From an uncultured Parachlamydiaceae bacterium (GTDB lineage: Bacteria > Chlamydiota > Chlamydiia > Chlamydiales > Parachlamydiaceae), in NCBI GenBank assembly GCA_963742415.1, contig CAVULX010000003.1, positions 64,001 to 128,000 of the forward strand: DNA of 64,000 bases, read 5' to 3'. Positions within the stretch are counted from its first letter, which is position 1, and every line of letters starts with the position of its first letter. The notes under the pieces were generated by a model. The model had not been told where the DNA came from and ran no database searches. It saw only the letters and a program-made list of their open reading frames with translations. The translations under genes were made by a program, and so were the position numbers. Below, in pieces: positions 1 to 8,847 of this stretch.

Positions 1-919
1 CTTTTTCAAGAGGATAGGGAGTTGCAGTTATTTGCAAATGCACCTGTTTCACAACTTTCATAAAATCGATCCCATCTTGCCGTGTCAAATTGGCAACGGA
101 GGACATAGATCTCTCTTCCCATAATAAAGCATAGGGAAAAGAGGGAATATCGCTCATGTGGATTCCAGCACTGATGACTTTCCCCCCTTTTTTTATGACT
201 TTAAGAGCTTGAGGATATAAGGCTCCTACCGGGGCAAAAATTAAAGCGGCATCTAAGGCAGCGGGAGGAAGCTGGTCAGACCCGCCAGCCCATTTAGCGC
301 CAAGAGATCGAGCAAACGCTTGGGTTTTTTCATCTTTAGGGCGTGTGAAAACATAAACCTCCCGCCCAAGTGCGTTTGCTATTTGGATTAAAATGTGGGC
401 TGATGAACCGAATCCATAGAATCCGATCCTCTTATTTGGTTCTGCCAATCGGAAAGCCCGATATCCAATAAGGCCAGCGCATAGCAGCGGAGCACAATGC
501 AGATCATCATATTCGTGAGGTAGCTTTAAAATGAAATCTTCATGAGCTGCACAATACTCGGCGTATCCCCCATTAAGCAAATAACCTGTGTATAGGGCCT
601 TGTCGCAAAGATTTTCCCTACCGGAAGCACAAAACTCGCAAGTATGGCAACAGCTGCCTAACCAGGGAACACCAACCCTGTCTCCAATTTGATGTTTTGA
701 AACTTTTTGCCCTATCTGATCGATAATCCCCACCACTTGATGACCTAAGATCAAAGGCAGCTTGGGATTTGGAAGTTCCCCATCGACGATGTGCAAGTCT
801 GTGCGGCAGACTCCGCAAGCAGCGACTTTGATGAGCACTTCGTCTGGTTTTGGTGTTGGACGTGGAACATCCTTTAAAATTAAAGGATCCCCTATCTTTT
901 CCAGTACCATCGCACGCAT
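1..919 (-). CDS. Zn-dependent alcohol dehydrogenase (MDR family); one frameshift near 700; 3' end runs off the window
   Basis: Manual translation from ATG 919 gives MRAMVLEKIG..ACGVCRTDLHIVDGE..LILGHQVVG. After a frame change it continues IGDRVGVPWLGSCCHTCEFCASGRENLC..APLLCAGLIGYRA..GFYGFGSSA. The ORF track does not show it as one ORF. Confidence 0.88.
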   Translation of the reverse strand, partial: MRAMVLEKIGDPLILKDVPRPTPKPDEVLIKVAACGVCRTDLHIVDGELPNPKLPLILGHQVVGIIDQIGQKVSKHQIGDRVGVPWLGSCCHTCEFCASGRENLCDKALYTGYLLNGGYAEYCAAHEDFILKLPHEYDDLHCAPLLCAGLIGYRAFRLAEPNKRIGFYGFGSSAHILIQIANALGREVYVFTRPKDEKTQAFARSLGAKWAGGSDQLPPAALDAALIFAPVGALYPQALKVIKKGGKVISAGIHMSDIPSFPYALLWEERSMSSVANLTRQDGIDFMKVVKQVHLQITATPYPLEK

Positions 920-1018
920 GCGCCGCTCTTGATTAAAGGATATTTACATACACTCTGTCATATTTATTTTAAATGGACAATTCCCATTTTAGTGCTGTCA
1001 GTAAAAATACAAATGCGT

Positions 1019-1142
1019 ATTTGCGGATTGATTTTGTCGCATAAAAATAGATCTGGAAACAATCATTTTGTCGATTTGCAGATTTTTTTTTGATTATATA
1101 AAACTATCTGCAAACCGACATTTTGTTTATTTGCAGATTGAC
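1019..1142. promoter_or_regulatory. Four copies of (A/G)TTTGC(A/G)GAT, two forming an inverted pair; putative operator array
   Basis: TGTCGATTTGCAGAT (1069-1083) and ATCTGCAAACCGACA (1106-1120) are inverted with 14/15 match. Direct copies lie at ~1019 and ~1129. Confidence 0.45.
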
Positions 1143-1193
1143 TTTATATATAGAAAAAATGTATTCTATGCTCAAAGTATAGGAGAATTAAAA

Positions 1194-2627
1194 ATGAAAC
1201 CAGCCCAATTTATTGGCCGCGAAGCTGAAATGAGAAGGCTGAAAGGGCTTTTAAATAAAAAAAGTGCAAGCCTTATCGTGGTACGAGGCAGAAGGCGAAT
1301 TGGTAAAAGCAGGCTTTTGGCTGAATTTGGAAAGGAAATGAAAAGTTTTTTCTTTTCTGGAAATCCTCCAGTGCGCAAAACAACAGCTCAATCTCAACGC
1401 GATGTCTTTGCTCATCAGCTTGAAAGAGCGGGTATTCCTGGTGTTAAGCCAGATGATTGGGGCAATCTCTTTTGGCATCTCTCTAAGCATACTCAAAAAG
1501 GACGAATTCTTATTGTATTTGATGAAATTTCATGGATGGGAGGAAAAGATCCTCATTTCTTAGGACAGTTGAAAACTGCTTGGGATATGTATTTTAGCAA
1601 AAATCCACATTTAATTATTGCGCTTTGTGGTTCAATTTCTTCATGGATTGAAAAAAATATTCTAAGTAGCACAGGATTTCTTGGAAGAATTACGATTGAT
1701 CTTGTTCTTGAAGAGCTTCCCTTACATGTCCTGTAATGCTTTCTGGCATCCAAAAGAAAAACGTATTACAGCTTATGAAAAATTCAAACTTTTATCTGTA
1801 ACAGGAGGAGTTCCTCTCTATCTTGAACAAATTAGACCAAATCTTCCTGCAGAGCAAAATATTCAAGATCTTTGTTTTACTAAAGGTGGATTGCTTGTTC
1901 GAGAATTTGATGAGATATTTTCAGATCTTTTTTCTCGTAGTAAAGGGAGTCATAAAGAAATTGTTACTTGTCTTGCGAATGGTCCAAAAGAACTTGCTCA
2001 AATTTGTAAGGAATTGGAAAAAGCCAAGGGGGAATATTCAGCAAGTATTTGGATGAATTGGTAAAGGCAGGTTTTGTAAAAAGAGATTTTACATGGGATC
2101 TAAAAAATGGAAAAGAAGGAAAATTAAGTCGTTATCGTTTAAGTGATAATTATTTGCGCTTTTATTTAAAATATATTGCTCCAAATCGTGCCAAAATTGA
2201 AAAGGGGAATTTTCCGACTTCAATGCTTAACCATCTTCCTGGTTGGGAAGGTATTATGGGATTGCAATTTGAAAATCTTGTTGTTCATAACTTTAAAAGT
2301 CTCTGGAAGATGTTGAATATTTCTCCAGAAGAAGTAGTAATGGATGGACCATTTTTTCAAAACTCAACAACCAGACAACCTGGATGTCAAATCGATTATA
2401 TGATCCAAACACGTTTTCATAACCTATATTTATGCGAAATTAAATTTTCAAAAGCTCCTGTTGGGAAAAAAATAATCGAAGAAATGGAAGAAAAAAGAAA
2501 ACGTTTAAAAGTTCCTAGGCATTTTTCTATTAGACCTGTTCTAATTCATGTAAATGGTGTCGAAGACAGTGTTTTAGATGAGGGATACTTCGATAAGATA
2601 ATCGATTTTGGTCAACTTTTAGAGTAA
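1194..2627 (+). CDS. Archaeal-type AAA ATPase with wHTH and C-terminal DUF234-like PD-(D/E)xK domain; split by two frameshifts (~1730, ~2020)
   Basis: FIGREAE..GRRRIGKS Walker A, IVFDEISW Walker B, TGGVPLYL, DNYLRFY and QIDY..LCEIKF lie across three overlapping ORFs. RBS AGGAG precedes ATG 1194. Confidence 0.85.
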
Positions 2628-2700
2628 AAGGCAGTGTCTTTGATTGCCCGAAAGTCCATTGTACTTGAAAACTTTGTACTTAAAATTGGAAAATTTGGCC

Positions 2701-3867
2701 TTAAAAGTTTTGGTTGAGAATTGGGGGAAGAACTTGGAGCAATTCATCCACGCGGCTATCCCAAGTATGGAACTTGCGCACTTTCTCTTTGGCGCGCTCT
2801 GCCATCCTTTTTCGCTCATCTTCATGAGATAAATAATATTCTACTGATTCGTTGACACGACTCCATTGTCCAGGCTTATAGAATACCATATCTTCCCCTT
2901 CGTTGAAATGTTCCCTAGCCCATATTGTGTCTGTCGTGATCATCATGCAGCCGCATGCGGGCCCCATAAAAAGCCTCTCATGAGTGCCGTTTTTAAAAAA
3001 GGGCATACTATTCAAGCAAATTTTACTCCGCCTCATGACCTCGATCCCCTCCTCAATGGGGATTGCCGGATGAACAATGACATTAGAGTTATCGGGAAAA
3101 TAGGAGGACCACCCTTTGACCGCGATGGGGGGGCGGAAGCATGCGCCGCCAAAAATATGAACGGTGGCATTTTTGATTGAACGGATGAGTTCGAGCCGGT
3201 CTGTCCCTTTGATATAGCTTCCGATATAATAAAGGAGTGAAGCGTAGTCGAGATCGGCAGGGTTTGCCTGCAATTCACTCATAGCCCTCTGCAGGGCTTC
3301 CCATTCAGTCGCTTTGGGATTTTCCCAAAATATTGAAAGGGCCAGCTCGATTGTTTTTCGTTGAAGATCGGAATATTTATTCCAAAACTTTTCTAACCCT
3401 TGCGGATCATAGCATGTGCCCAAATAGACAACATCATAGAGCTTCTGTTCTTCAGGAAGCTGTGTCAACTCAACTTCTACGCCATGGCCGAAAAAAAAAA
3501 CTTTCTTGAAGAGCATTTTTTTCAGTTCTTCACACTGCAAGTGATCCACGCAAGATATGAGGAGATTAGGGCGTTGCAAATAAGGAAAAAGGGGAGCGGG
3601 GGGATCTGTCAGGATGCTCCAAAAAGGGATTTTAAACTGTTTCCAAAGCCTCTCTATTTTTGTAAACTGAAAGGGCCAATAGAAAGAGCATAATAAATCT
3701 GGAAGCTGATTTTTTTGTGCTGAAGCAATAGCTACAGGATCTTCTTTTAGAGCATCTAAGAAACGGGTTTTGATCCCTTTTCGATTGAGGGCCTCACTAA
3801 ATTTTTTTGAAAAATGCCTTTTGGTGTCATAAAGATTATTGCCAAGCAAAATCCAAATGTTATCCAT
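2701..3867 (-). CDS. Glycosyltransferase, CgeB-like/GT-B (paralog 3)
   Basis: YDVVYLGT, SKICLNSMPFFKNGTHERLF and HTWDSRV motifs. Confidence 0.8.
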   Translation of the reverse strand: MDNIWILLGNNLYDTKRHFSKKFSEALNRKGIKTRFLDALKEDPVAIASAQKNQLPDLLCSFYWPFQFTKIERLWKQFKIPFWSILTDPPAPLFPYLQRPNLLISCVDHLQCEELKKMLFKKVFFFGHGVEVELTQLPEEQKLYDVVYLGTCYDPQGLEKFWNKYSDLQRKTIELALSIFWENPKATEWEALQRAMSELQANPADLDYASLLYYIGSYIKGTDRLELIRSIKNATVHIFGGACFRPPIAVKGWSSYFPDNSNVIVHPAIPIEEGIEVMRRSKICLNSMPFFKNGTHERLFMGPACGCMMITTDTIWAREHFNEGEDMVFYKPGQWSRVNESVEYYLSHEDERKRMAERAKEKVRKFHTWDSRVDELLQVLPPILNQNF

Positions 3868-5056
3868 TATTTTCGGCCTGTTGTTTCATTTGCTGAATAA
3901 ATGCGGGGATCTCCTCTAAAAGCTGTTCTGCCCGTTGATCCCAAGTATGGTGGAGGAGGACCTTTTCGTATCCACTGCGAACCAACTGCTGCCGCTCCGC
4001 TTCATGAGCCAAAAAATAATTGATTTTATCATTTACTTCATTCCATTTAAGGGTCTCGTAAAGCAGGAGTTCTTTCCCATTGATAAAATTTTCACGGACC
4101 CACAGATTGTCTGTGGTGATAGGAAGAGCGCCGCAGGCTAGGCTAAAGAAAATCCTTTCATGGGTACCATTCTTAAAAAAAGGCATGCTATTCAAGCAAA
4201 TCTTGCTTTGCTTGCAGATCTCCAGAATTTCCCAGTACGGGACTGCAGGATGCACGGTGACGTTGGGGCAATCGAATAAGGCTTGAGCCCATCCACTGAT
4301 GGGGTGTTCATCGCGCCAGCAAGTCCCTCCAAAAACATGGACGGAGGCATCTTTGATTGATCTGATTAACTCCAAACGATCGACTCCCCTCATGTAATTA
4401 TCGACATTCATATAAATTCTGATTTTTTCTTGCTCTGTAAAAGGGATTTTATACTGCAGCAATATATCATCGACAACTTTCCAAAAAGGGATGTCTCTTT
4501 GAGAAAGAGCGATTCTGGCTGCTTCTTCGAAGAGAACGAGCAGCTGAGGGATATATTTGCCTTGCCAAGCTTTTCTAAGGCCTTGAGGATCGTATGAGCT
4601 CCCGAAGAATACAACATCGTAGGGTCGTGGTTGATCTGGAGAGGCGAATAGTTCTTTTTCGATAGCATGTGGAAAGAAGAAGACATTTTTTCCCCCTTTT
4701 TGCTGCAAATAGTAGCAATCGAAACGATCGACGCATGAAATTAGAGAATAGGATGGTTTGACGAGATTGGCATCATAGCAAGCAGGATCAACCAAGATGG
4801 AGAGGTAGGGAATTTTTCTTTTTTCCCAAAAAAATGTTCCATCCTCATTGGGAACGACACGATTGAAAGAGCAGCACAAATCGGGAGGTTTTGTATACTC
4901 TTTGCTTTTGGAATTTGGGAGCAATCCCTCTTTCCTGAAGTCGATAACTCTCGTTTTAACTCCATGTCGCTTTAAGGCATCAGCCAGCTTTAAGCTAAAA
5001 TGTTTTTTTGATTCGTAGAGATTATAGTTATAGATAATCCAAACTTCGTTGAGCAT
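3860..5056 (-). CDS. Glycosyltransferase, CgeB-like/GT-B (paralog 2)
   Basis: Same motifs (SKICLNSMPFFKNGTHERIF, HTWDQRA). Start placed at MLNEVW by alignment with the paralogs. Confidence 0.8.
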   Translation of the reverse strand: MLNEVWIIYNYNLYESKKHFSLKLADALKRHGVKTRVIDFRKEGLLPNSKSKEYTKPPDLCCSFNRVVPNEDGTFFWEKRKIPYLSILVDPACYDANLVKPSYSLISCVDRFDCYYLQQKGGKNVFFFPHAIEKELFASPDQPRPYDVVFFGSSYDPQGLRKAWQGKYIPQLLVLFEEAARIALSQRDIPFWKVVDDILLQYKIPFTEQEKIRIYMNVDNYMRGVDRLELIRSIKDASVHVFGGTCWRDEHPISGWAQALFDCPNVTVHPAVPYWEILEICKQSKICLNSMPFFKNGTHERIFFSLACGALPITTDNLWVRENFINGKELLLYETLKWNEVNDKINYFLAHEAERQQLVRSGYEKVLLHHTWDQRAEQLLEEIPAFIQQMKQQAENNG

Positions 5057-5069
5057 CTGGCATCCGATT

Positions 5070-6245
5070 TTATGTAGGAAGTCTGTTAAGGATATCTGGC
5101 ATTTCTTCCAACATTTCATCGACCCGATTATTCCAGGTGTGATTTTCCATCACCAAAGCACGTCCCCGTTTAGCGATATCGACCCGTCTGGATTCATCAT
5201 GTAATAAAGCATTAACTTTTTCATTTATAAGCCCTCTTTGATTCATACTGTAGTAGATGACATGTTTTTCCTCTTCGAAGAACTCTCTAAAATAATTATT
5301 ATCTGTCGTCGCAGGGACAGCTCCGCACGCGAGACCTGTGAACACCCTTTCGTGTGTGCCGTTCTTAAAGAAAGGCATGCTATTTAAGCAGATTTTGCTT
5401 TGTTTCAATATTTTGAGCGATTCAGCAAAAGGGACTGAAGGGTGAAGTAAGACGTTTTTTTGAGAACCAAGATAGTGCTTCCAACTGAGAACGCCTACAG
5501 CCATATCGGTTGATAGCTCCCCAAAAACATGAATGGGAGCTTCTGTGATAGAATTGATTAACGCCACCCGATCCTTGCCCCGAGTATAGTTGTCGAGGTA
5601 ATAAAAAAGGGCTGCAAAATCTACTGCAGTTGGATCAAGCTTGGAGGCATTCCAGGCATTTAAAAGAGCATCCACAAGAGAAGTAGAATTATCGGAAAAG
5701 ACGATTTCAATAGCATCGTCTAGAGCTTTGTTGATCTCTGCAGGATATTGTTGCTGCCATGAGGCGCGCAAGCTCTCATAGTCATAGCAAGTGCCTAGAA
5801 AAACCACATCATAAATCCTTTTTTCATTTCCCGGATTGAGCTCCGGCTCCACGGCATGGGGGCAAAAAAAGGCATTTTTAAATTGATAGGAATGGAGCTG
5901 GATTAAATCAGAACGGTCTACACAGGAAAGGATTGTATAGGGACTGCGGGTGAGGTGGACAGAATAAAGGACGGGGTCTACTAAAATTGACCAATGGGGA
6001 ACCTCTAGAAAATCGCAAAGGAACTTTGTTTCTGAAATAGGGAGAAGGGCGTTGAAGGAACAAGTTAAATCGGGGTTAAAATGTCGGATGGTGTTCATCG
6101 TGTCGGAAGCGATTGAAGCTTCATTGACATCGATAACCAGTGTTTCGATCCCTTTTCGTTTCAAGGCATCTGCAAGTTTGCTGGTAAAATAACGTTTGGA
6201 TTCATAAAGATTGTAATTGACGATCAAGCATATTCTATTCAGCAT
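5070..6245 (-). CDS. Glycosyltransferase, CgeB-like/GT-B (paralog 1)
   Basis: Same motifs (SKICLNSMPFFKNGTHERVF, HTWNNRV). Start placed at MLNRIC. Confidence 0.8.
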   Translation of the reverse strand: MLNRICLIVNYNLYESKRYFTSKLADALKRKGIETLVIDVNEASIASDTMNTIRHFNPDLTCSFNALLPISETKFLCDFLEVPHWSILVDPVLYSVHLTRSPYTILSCVDRSDLIQLHSYQFKNAFFCPHAVEPELNPGNEKRIYDVVFLGTCYDYESLRASWQQQYPAEINKALDDAIEIVFSDNSTSLVDALLNAWNASKLDPTAVDFAALFYYLDNYTRGKDRVALINSITEAPIHVFGELSTDMAVGVLSWKHYLGSQKNVLLHPSVPFAESLKILKQSKICLNSMPFFKNGTHERVFTGLACGAVPATTDNNYFREFFEEEKHVIYYSMNQRGLINEKVNALLHDESRRVDIAKRGRALVMENHTWNNRVDEMLEEMPDILNRLPT

Positions 6246-6375
6246 AAGCCCCCTATTAGGTTGCTTCACTTGAAAAGCATGAATACCCTCTTATTGGCTA
6301 TCCTAGCTTTAATTTTATAATTTTCGACTTTATCTTTAAAATTAAAATTTTAGTATATGGAAGAATTATTATTTA

Positions 6376-6593
6376 TAATGTATACCCAAACGACTTGAAA
6401 AATCGGAATTTAGGCTTAAGCGAAAGCCTAAAACTGATTTTTCAAGTCGTTTGGGTATAAGTTGAAAATTTCTGCGTAATCAAGTTTAAAAACCTCTGTG
6501 TCCTCTATGATCTCTGTGGTTGAATTTTAACAAACCACGGAGATCACAGAGAACACAGAGAGACAATAAATTTAATTTTTTGCAACTTACGTT
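6376..6593. mobile_element. MITE copy A (termini TAATGTAAGTTG...CAACTTACGTT) with an internal CTCTGTG/CACAGAG hairpin; left terminus interrupted by a second element
   Basis: Near-identical inverted copy at 7787-7922. Has terminal inverted repeats. Confidence 0.75.
6381..6459. mobile_element. 79-bp palindromic miniature element with ERIC-like ends (TATACCC...GGGTATA), inserted at a TA
   Basis: TATACCCAAACGACTTGAAAAATC pairs with GATTTTTCAAGTCGTTTGGGTATA. Removing the element plus one TA restores TAATGTAAGTTGAAAAT, which matches the end of MITE copy B. Confidence 0.8.
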
Positions 6594-7750
6594 TGTGATA
6601 AATTTAAAAAAGAGGCATTCAGATACTCTCGATATTTGTTGTTGTTATTGCGAATAGTTTGAGCGGTGATCCGTTTTTTCATAGCTATATCTGATGCATT
6701 TGTAAAATTGTTTTTTTCGCCAAAATCACGTCTCCACTCATAAAATGTTAAAGGACGAGTAATAGTTGGGTTTTGTTTTCCACACTTGGCTTCATATAGG
6801 TCAAAAACTCTTTTGGAGAGCTCATTGTCAGATTGTTTTATCCTTTCCCGAGATCGAGCAGCAGTAATGCGGTTTTTTGCTTTTCTTCTTTCAATTCTAT
6901 CAATCGTTTTAACGCCCGAGACCCTTTCACTTTTTACATTACTTCTCGGCACAGGGCTAGAGTTCCAATCTTTCGATTCTTTTTTTTCTAAGAATACTCT
7001 TGTTATATCGCTGCCATTATCATTAAAATCATGTTTATTTTCTTCTGTAGATTGACTTCTATTATCATCTTTTGACGCTTGAAAAAAAATTTCAAGGGAA
7101 GGGGGCAAATCATTGCTTTTCATTAACTTTGTACATAAGTTTTCGAGATACTTCTGATAGTTGTTGCTATTTTCACGATAAGTTTTAGCCGTGATCCGAT
7201 TTCTCTCTCGTCTGCTTTTTATATTTGTTAAATCGCTTTTCTTGCCAAATTTTACTTTCCAATCCTCATATATTAATGGTTTTAAAGAATGAGCAAAAGT
7301 TGGGTTTTGTTTTTCTATAGATTCAAATAATTTAAAAATATTTTTGATGCGTTCATTAACATATTGCCTTTTCTTTTTCCGAGATCTAGCAGCTGATAAA
7401 CAATTTCTTTTTCTTTTTTCACTTCTTTGAATCTGTTCAGATGAGTCGCTTTGATTGCGTGTACGCTCTTGGCTTCGAGGCGTATCTTGTGATTCTATTG
7501 TTATTTTTCTTTTTTGTTCTTCTATTTCTATATTTTTTGTTTCAGTAATAGTAGGCAAATCCATCGACATATTTGTTGTTTGGAACAAATCTGTTAGATT
7601 TCTACCGAAACCAACATTTAAATTATGTTCATTTGTTTCTAAGGATGCATATATGACATCATCATGAAAATTGTCATCATCTACGTCAGTAGAAAAAGTT
7701 TGAAGAGGTGGCTGATAAATCAATATGTGTTTGTCTAAAAACAGAGACAT
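6587..7750 (-). CDS. Hypothetical protein with four bZIP-like basic regions (candidate nuclear effector)
   Basis: KRKRNCLSAARSRKKK, RRERNRITAKTYRE, RRKAKNRITAARSRER and MKKRITAQTIRN, arranged as two duplicated units. AT-rich. Confidence 0.7.
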   Translation of the reverse strand: MSLFLDKHILIYQPPLQTFSTDVDDDNFHDDVIYASLETNEHNLNVGFGRNLTDLFQTTNMSMDLPTITETKNIEIEEQKRKITIESQDTPRSQERTRNQSDSSEQIQRSEKRKRNCLSAARSRKKKRQYVNERIKNIFKLFESIEKQNPTFAHSLKPLIYEDWKVKFGKKSDLTNIKSRRERNRITAKTYRENSNNYQKYLENLCTKLMKSNDLPPSLEIFFQASKDDNRSQSTEENKHDFNDNGSDITRVFLEKKESKDWNSSPVPRSNVKSERVSGVKTIDRIERRKAKNRITAARSRERIKQSDNELSKRVFDLYEAKCGKQNPTITRPLTFYEWRRDFGEKNNFTNASDIAMKKRITAQTIRNNNNKYREYLNASFLNLSQT

Positions 7751-7786
7751 TTTGTTTATCCTGAATTTTTAAAATTAATATTATTT

Positions 7787-7922
7787 TAACGTAAGTTGCA
7801 AATAATTAAATTTATTGTCTCTCTGTGATCTCTGTGAACTTTGTGGCTGAATTTTAATAAACCGCAGAGATCACAGAGGTTTTTTAAACTTGATTACACT
7901 CAGTAATTTTCAACTTACATTA
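7787..7922. mobile_element. MITE copy B, inverted relative to copy A, bounded by TA at both ends
   Basis: TAACGTAAGTTGCAAAT...ATTTTCAACTTACATTA. Its reverse complement aligns with 6458-6593. Confidence 0.75.
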
Positions 7923-8048
7923 TTTTAAGAGAGAAATTAAAACTACTATTCAAAAGCTCCAAAAATTATTTCGAATGCATCTATTTTTTTCTTAGCAGGT
8001 TGACAGGATTTTATTCCATGACAATTTCACAATCATATTGGTGATCGC

Positions 8049-8843
8049 CTAATGAAACATTTGGACATTCATATCGGGAACAACAGTCAACGAAGGGTGC
8101 ACTTTTGCACGCAAAACTTGCTGGATATAAGATAGCGTTGTTCCAATAGCGGAATAGCAAGAAGTGCAATTCCCCTGGTAGGCAATAACAACTTCCTTGT
8201 CTTCGAGAAGATTTAAAACCTCAACTCCGCCAGCATCTAAGGCGATATAAGGGCGGACATCACTGTCGAGCACTTGTTCTATCACAGCAATTTTTTTCTT
8301 GAGGGGAAGATCGGCCCAGCCGGGATATCCCCCCTCGACAACCTCTCCTATCCCTGCTGGAACAGGGGGGGCCACGTACGTGTCAGCAAAAGGGATATCT
8401 AAGCATTGTTGGGATGCGGCATCAATAGCTCCTAAAACGAGGTTCAAATGGGGATAAGTTTCTTTAGGAAAAGCGGGCTCATCGGAACGATCTCTCAGGT
8501 GCCGATCGATTAAGTCGGTGCTGACCCGTTTGGCCTGGTCATAATTTTTTCCGATTACAATTTCGCAGACAGCTTCTGCGGCTCCAATGAGCGCTGATTG
8601 CCCCAGCACTTGAAATTTGGCATCGACGATAATTCCATCATCTTTGTCGACCAACCAATAGATACGGACGCAATTCCCTTCCTCTATTTTTCCTTCTGTG
8701 CCTTGGGCAAGGCGCATGTTTCGAGCTTCCGATTCTTCCTTGGTGAAAATCCCTGCGTTCCGAGGGTTATCGATGCGAGAGATCAGCTTTTTGCTATATC
8801 GCGCCCAAGGAAATGGTGTTGTCAAAGCCTCCAAGCCCCCCAT
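8049..8843 (-). CDS. nifU: NifU-like protein (degenerate IscU-like N domain plus NfuA-like C domain)
   Basis: YSKKL..DNPRNAG..IIVDAKFQ at the N terminus. VRPYIALDAGGVEV..YQGNCTSC (CxxC) at the C terminus. Confidence 0.85.
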   Translation of the reverse strand: MGGLEALTTPFPWARYSKKLISRIDNPRNAGIFTKEESEARNMRLAQGTEGKIEEGNCVRIYWLVDKDDGIIVDAKFQVLGQSALIGAAEAVCEIVIGKNYDQAKRVSTDLIDRHLRDRSDEPAFPKETYPHLNLVLGAIDAASQQCLDIPFADTYVAPPVPAGIGEVVEGGYPGWADLPLKKKIAVIEQVLDSDVRPYIALDAGGVEVLNLLEDKEVVIAYQGNCTSCYSAIGTTLSYIQQVLRAKVHPSLTVVPDMNVQMFH

Positions 8844-8847
8844 GAGA

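Noticed and set aside
6458-7922. Flanking repeats as integron attC sites (AAC...GTT ends)
   Set aside because: The outer arms are inverted rather than direct, the ends are TA-bounded TIRs and no integrase is in the window. A MITE fits better.
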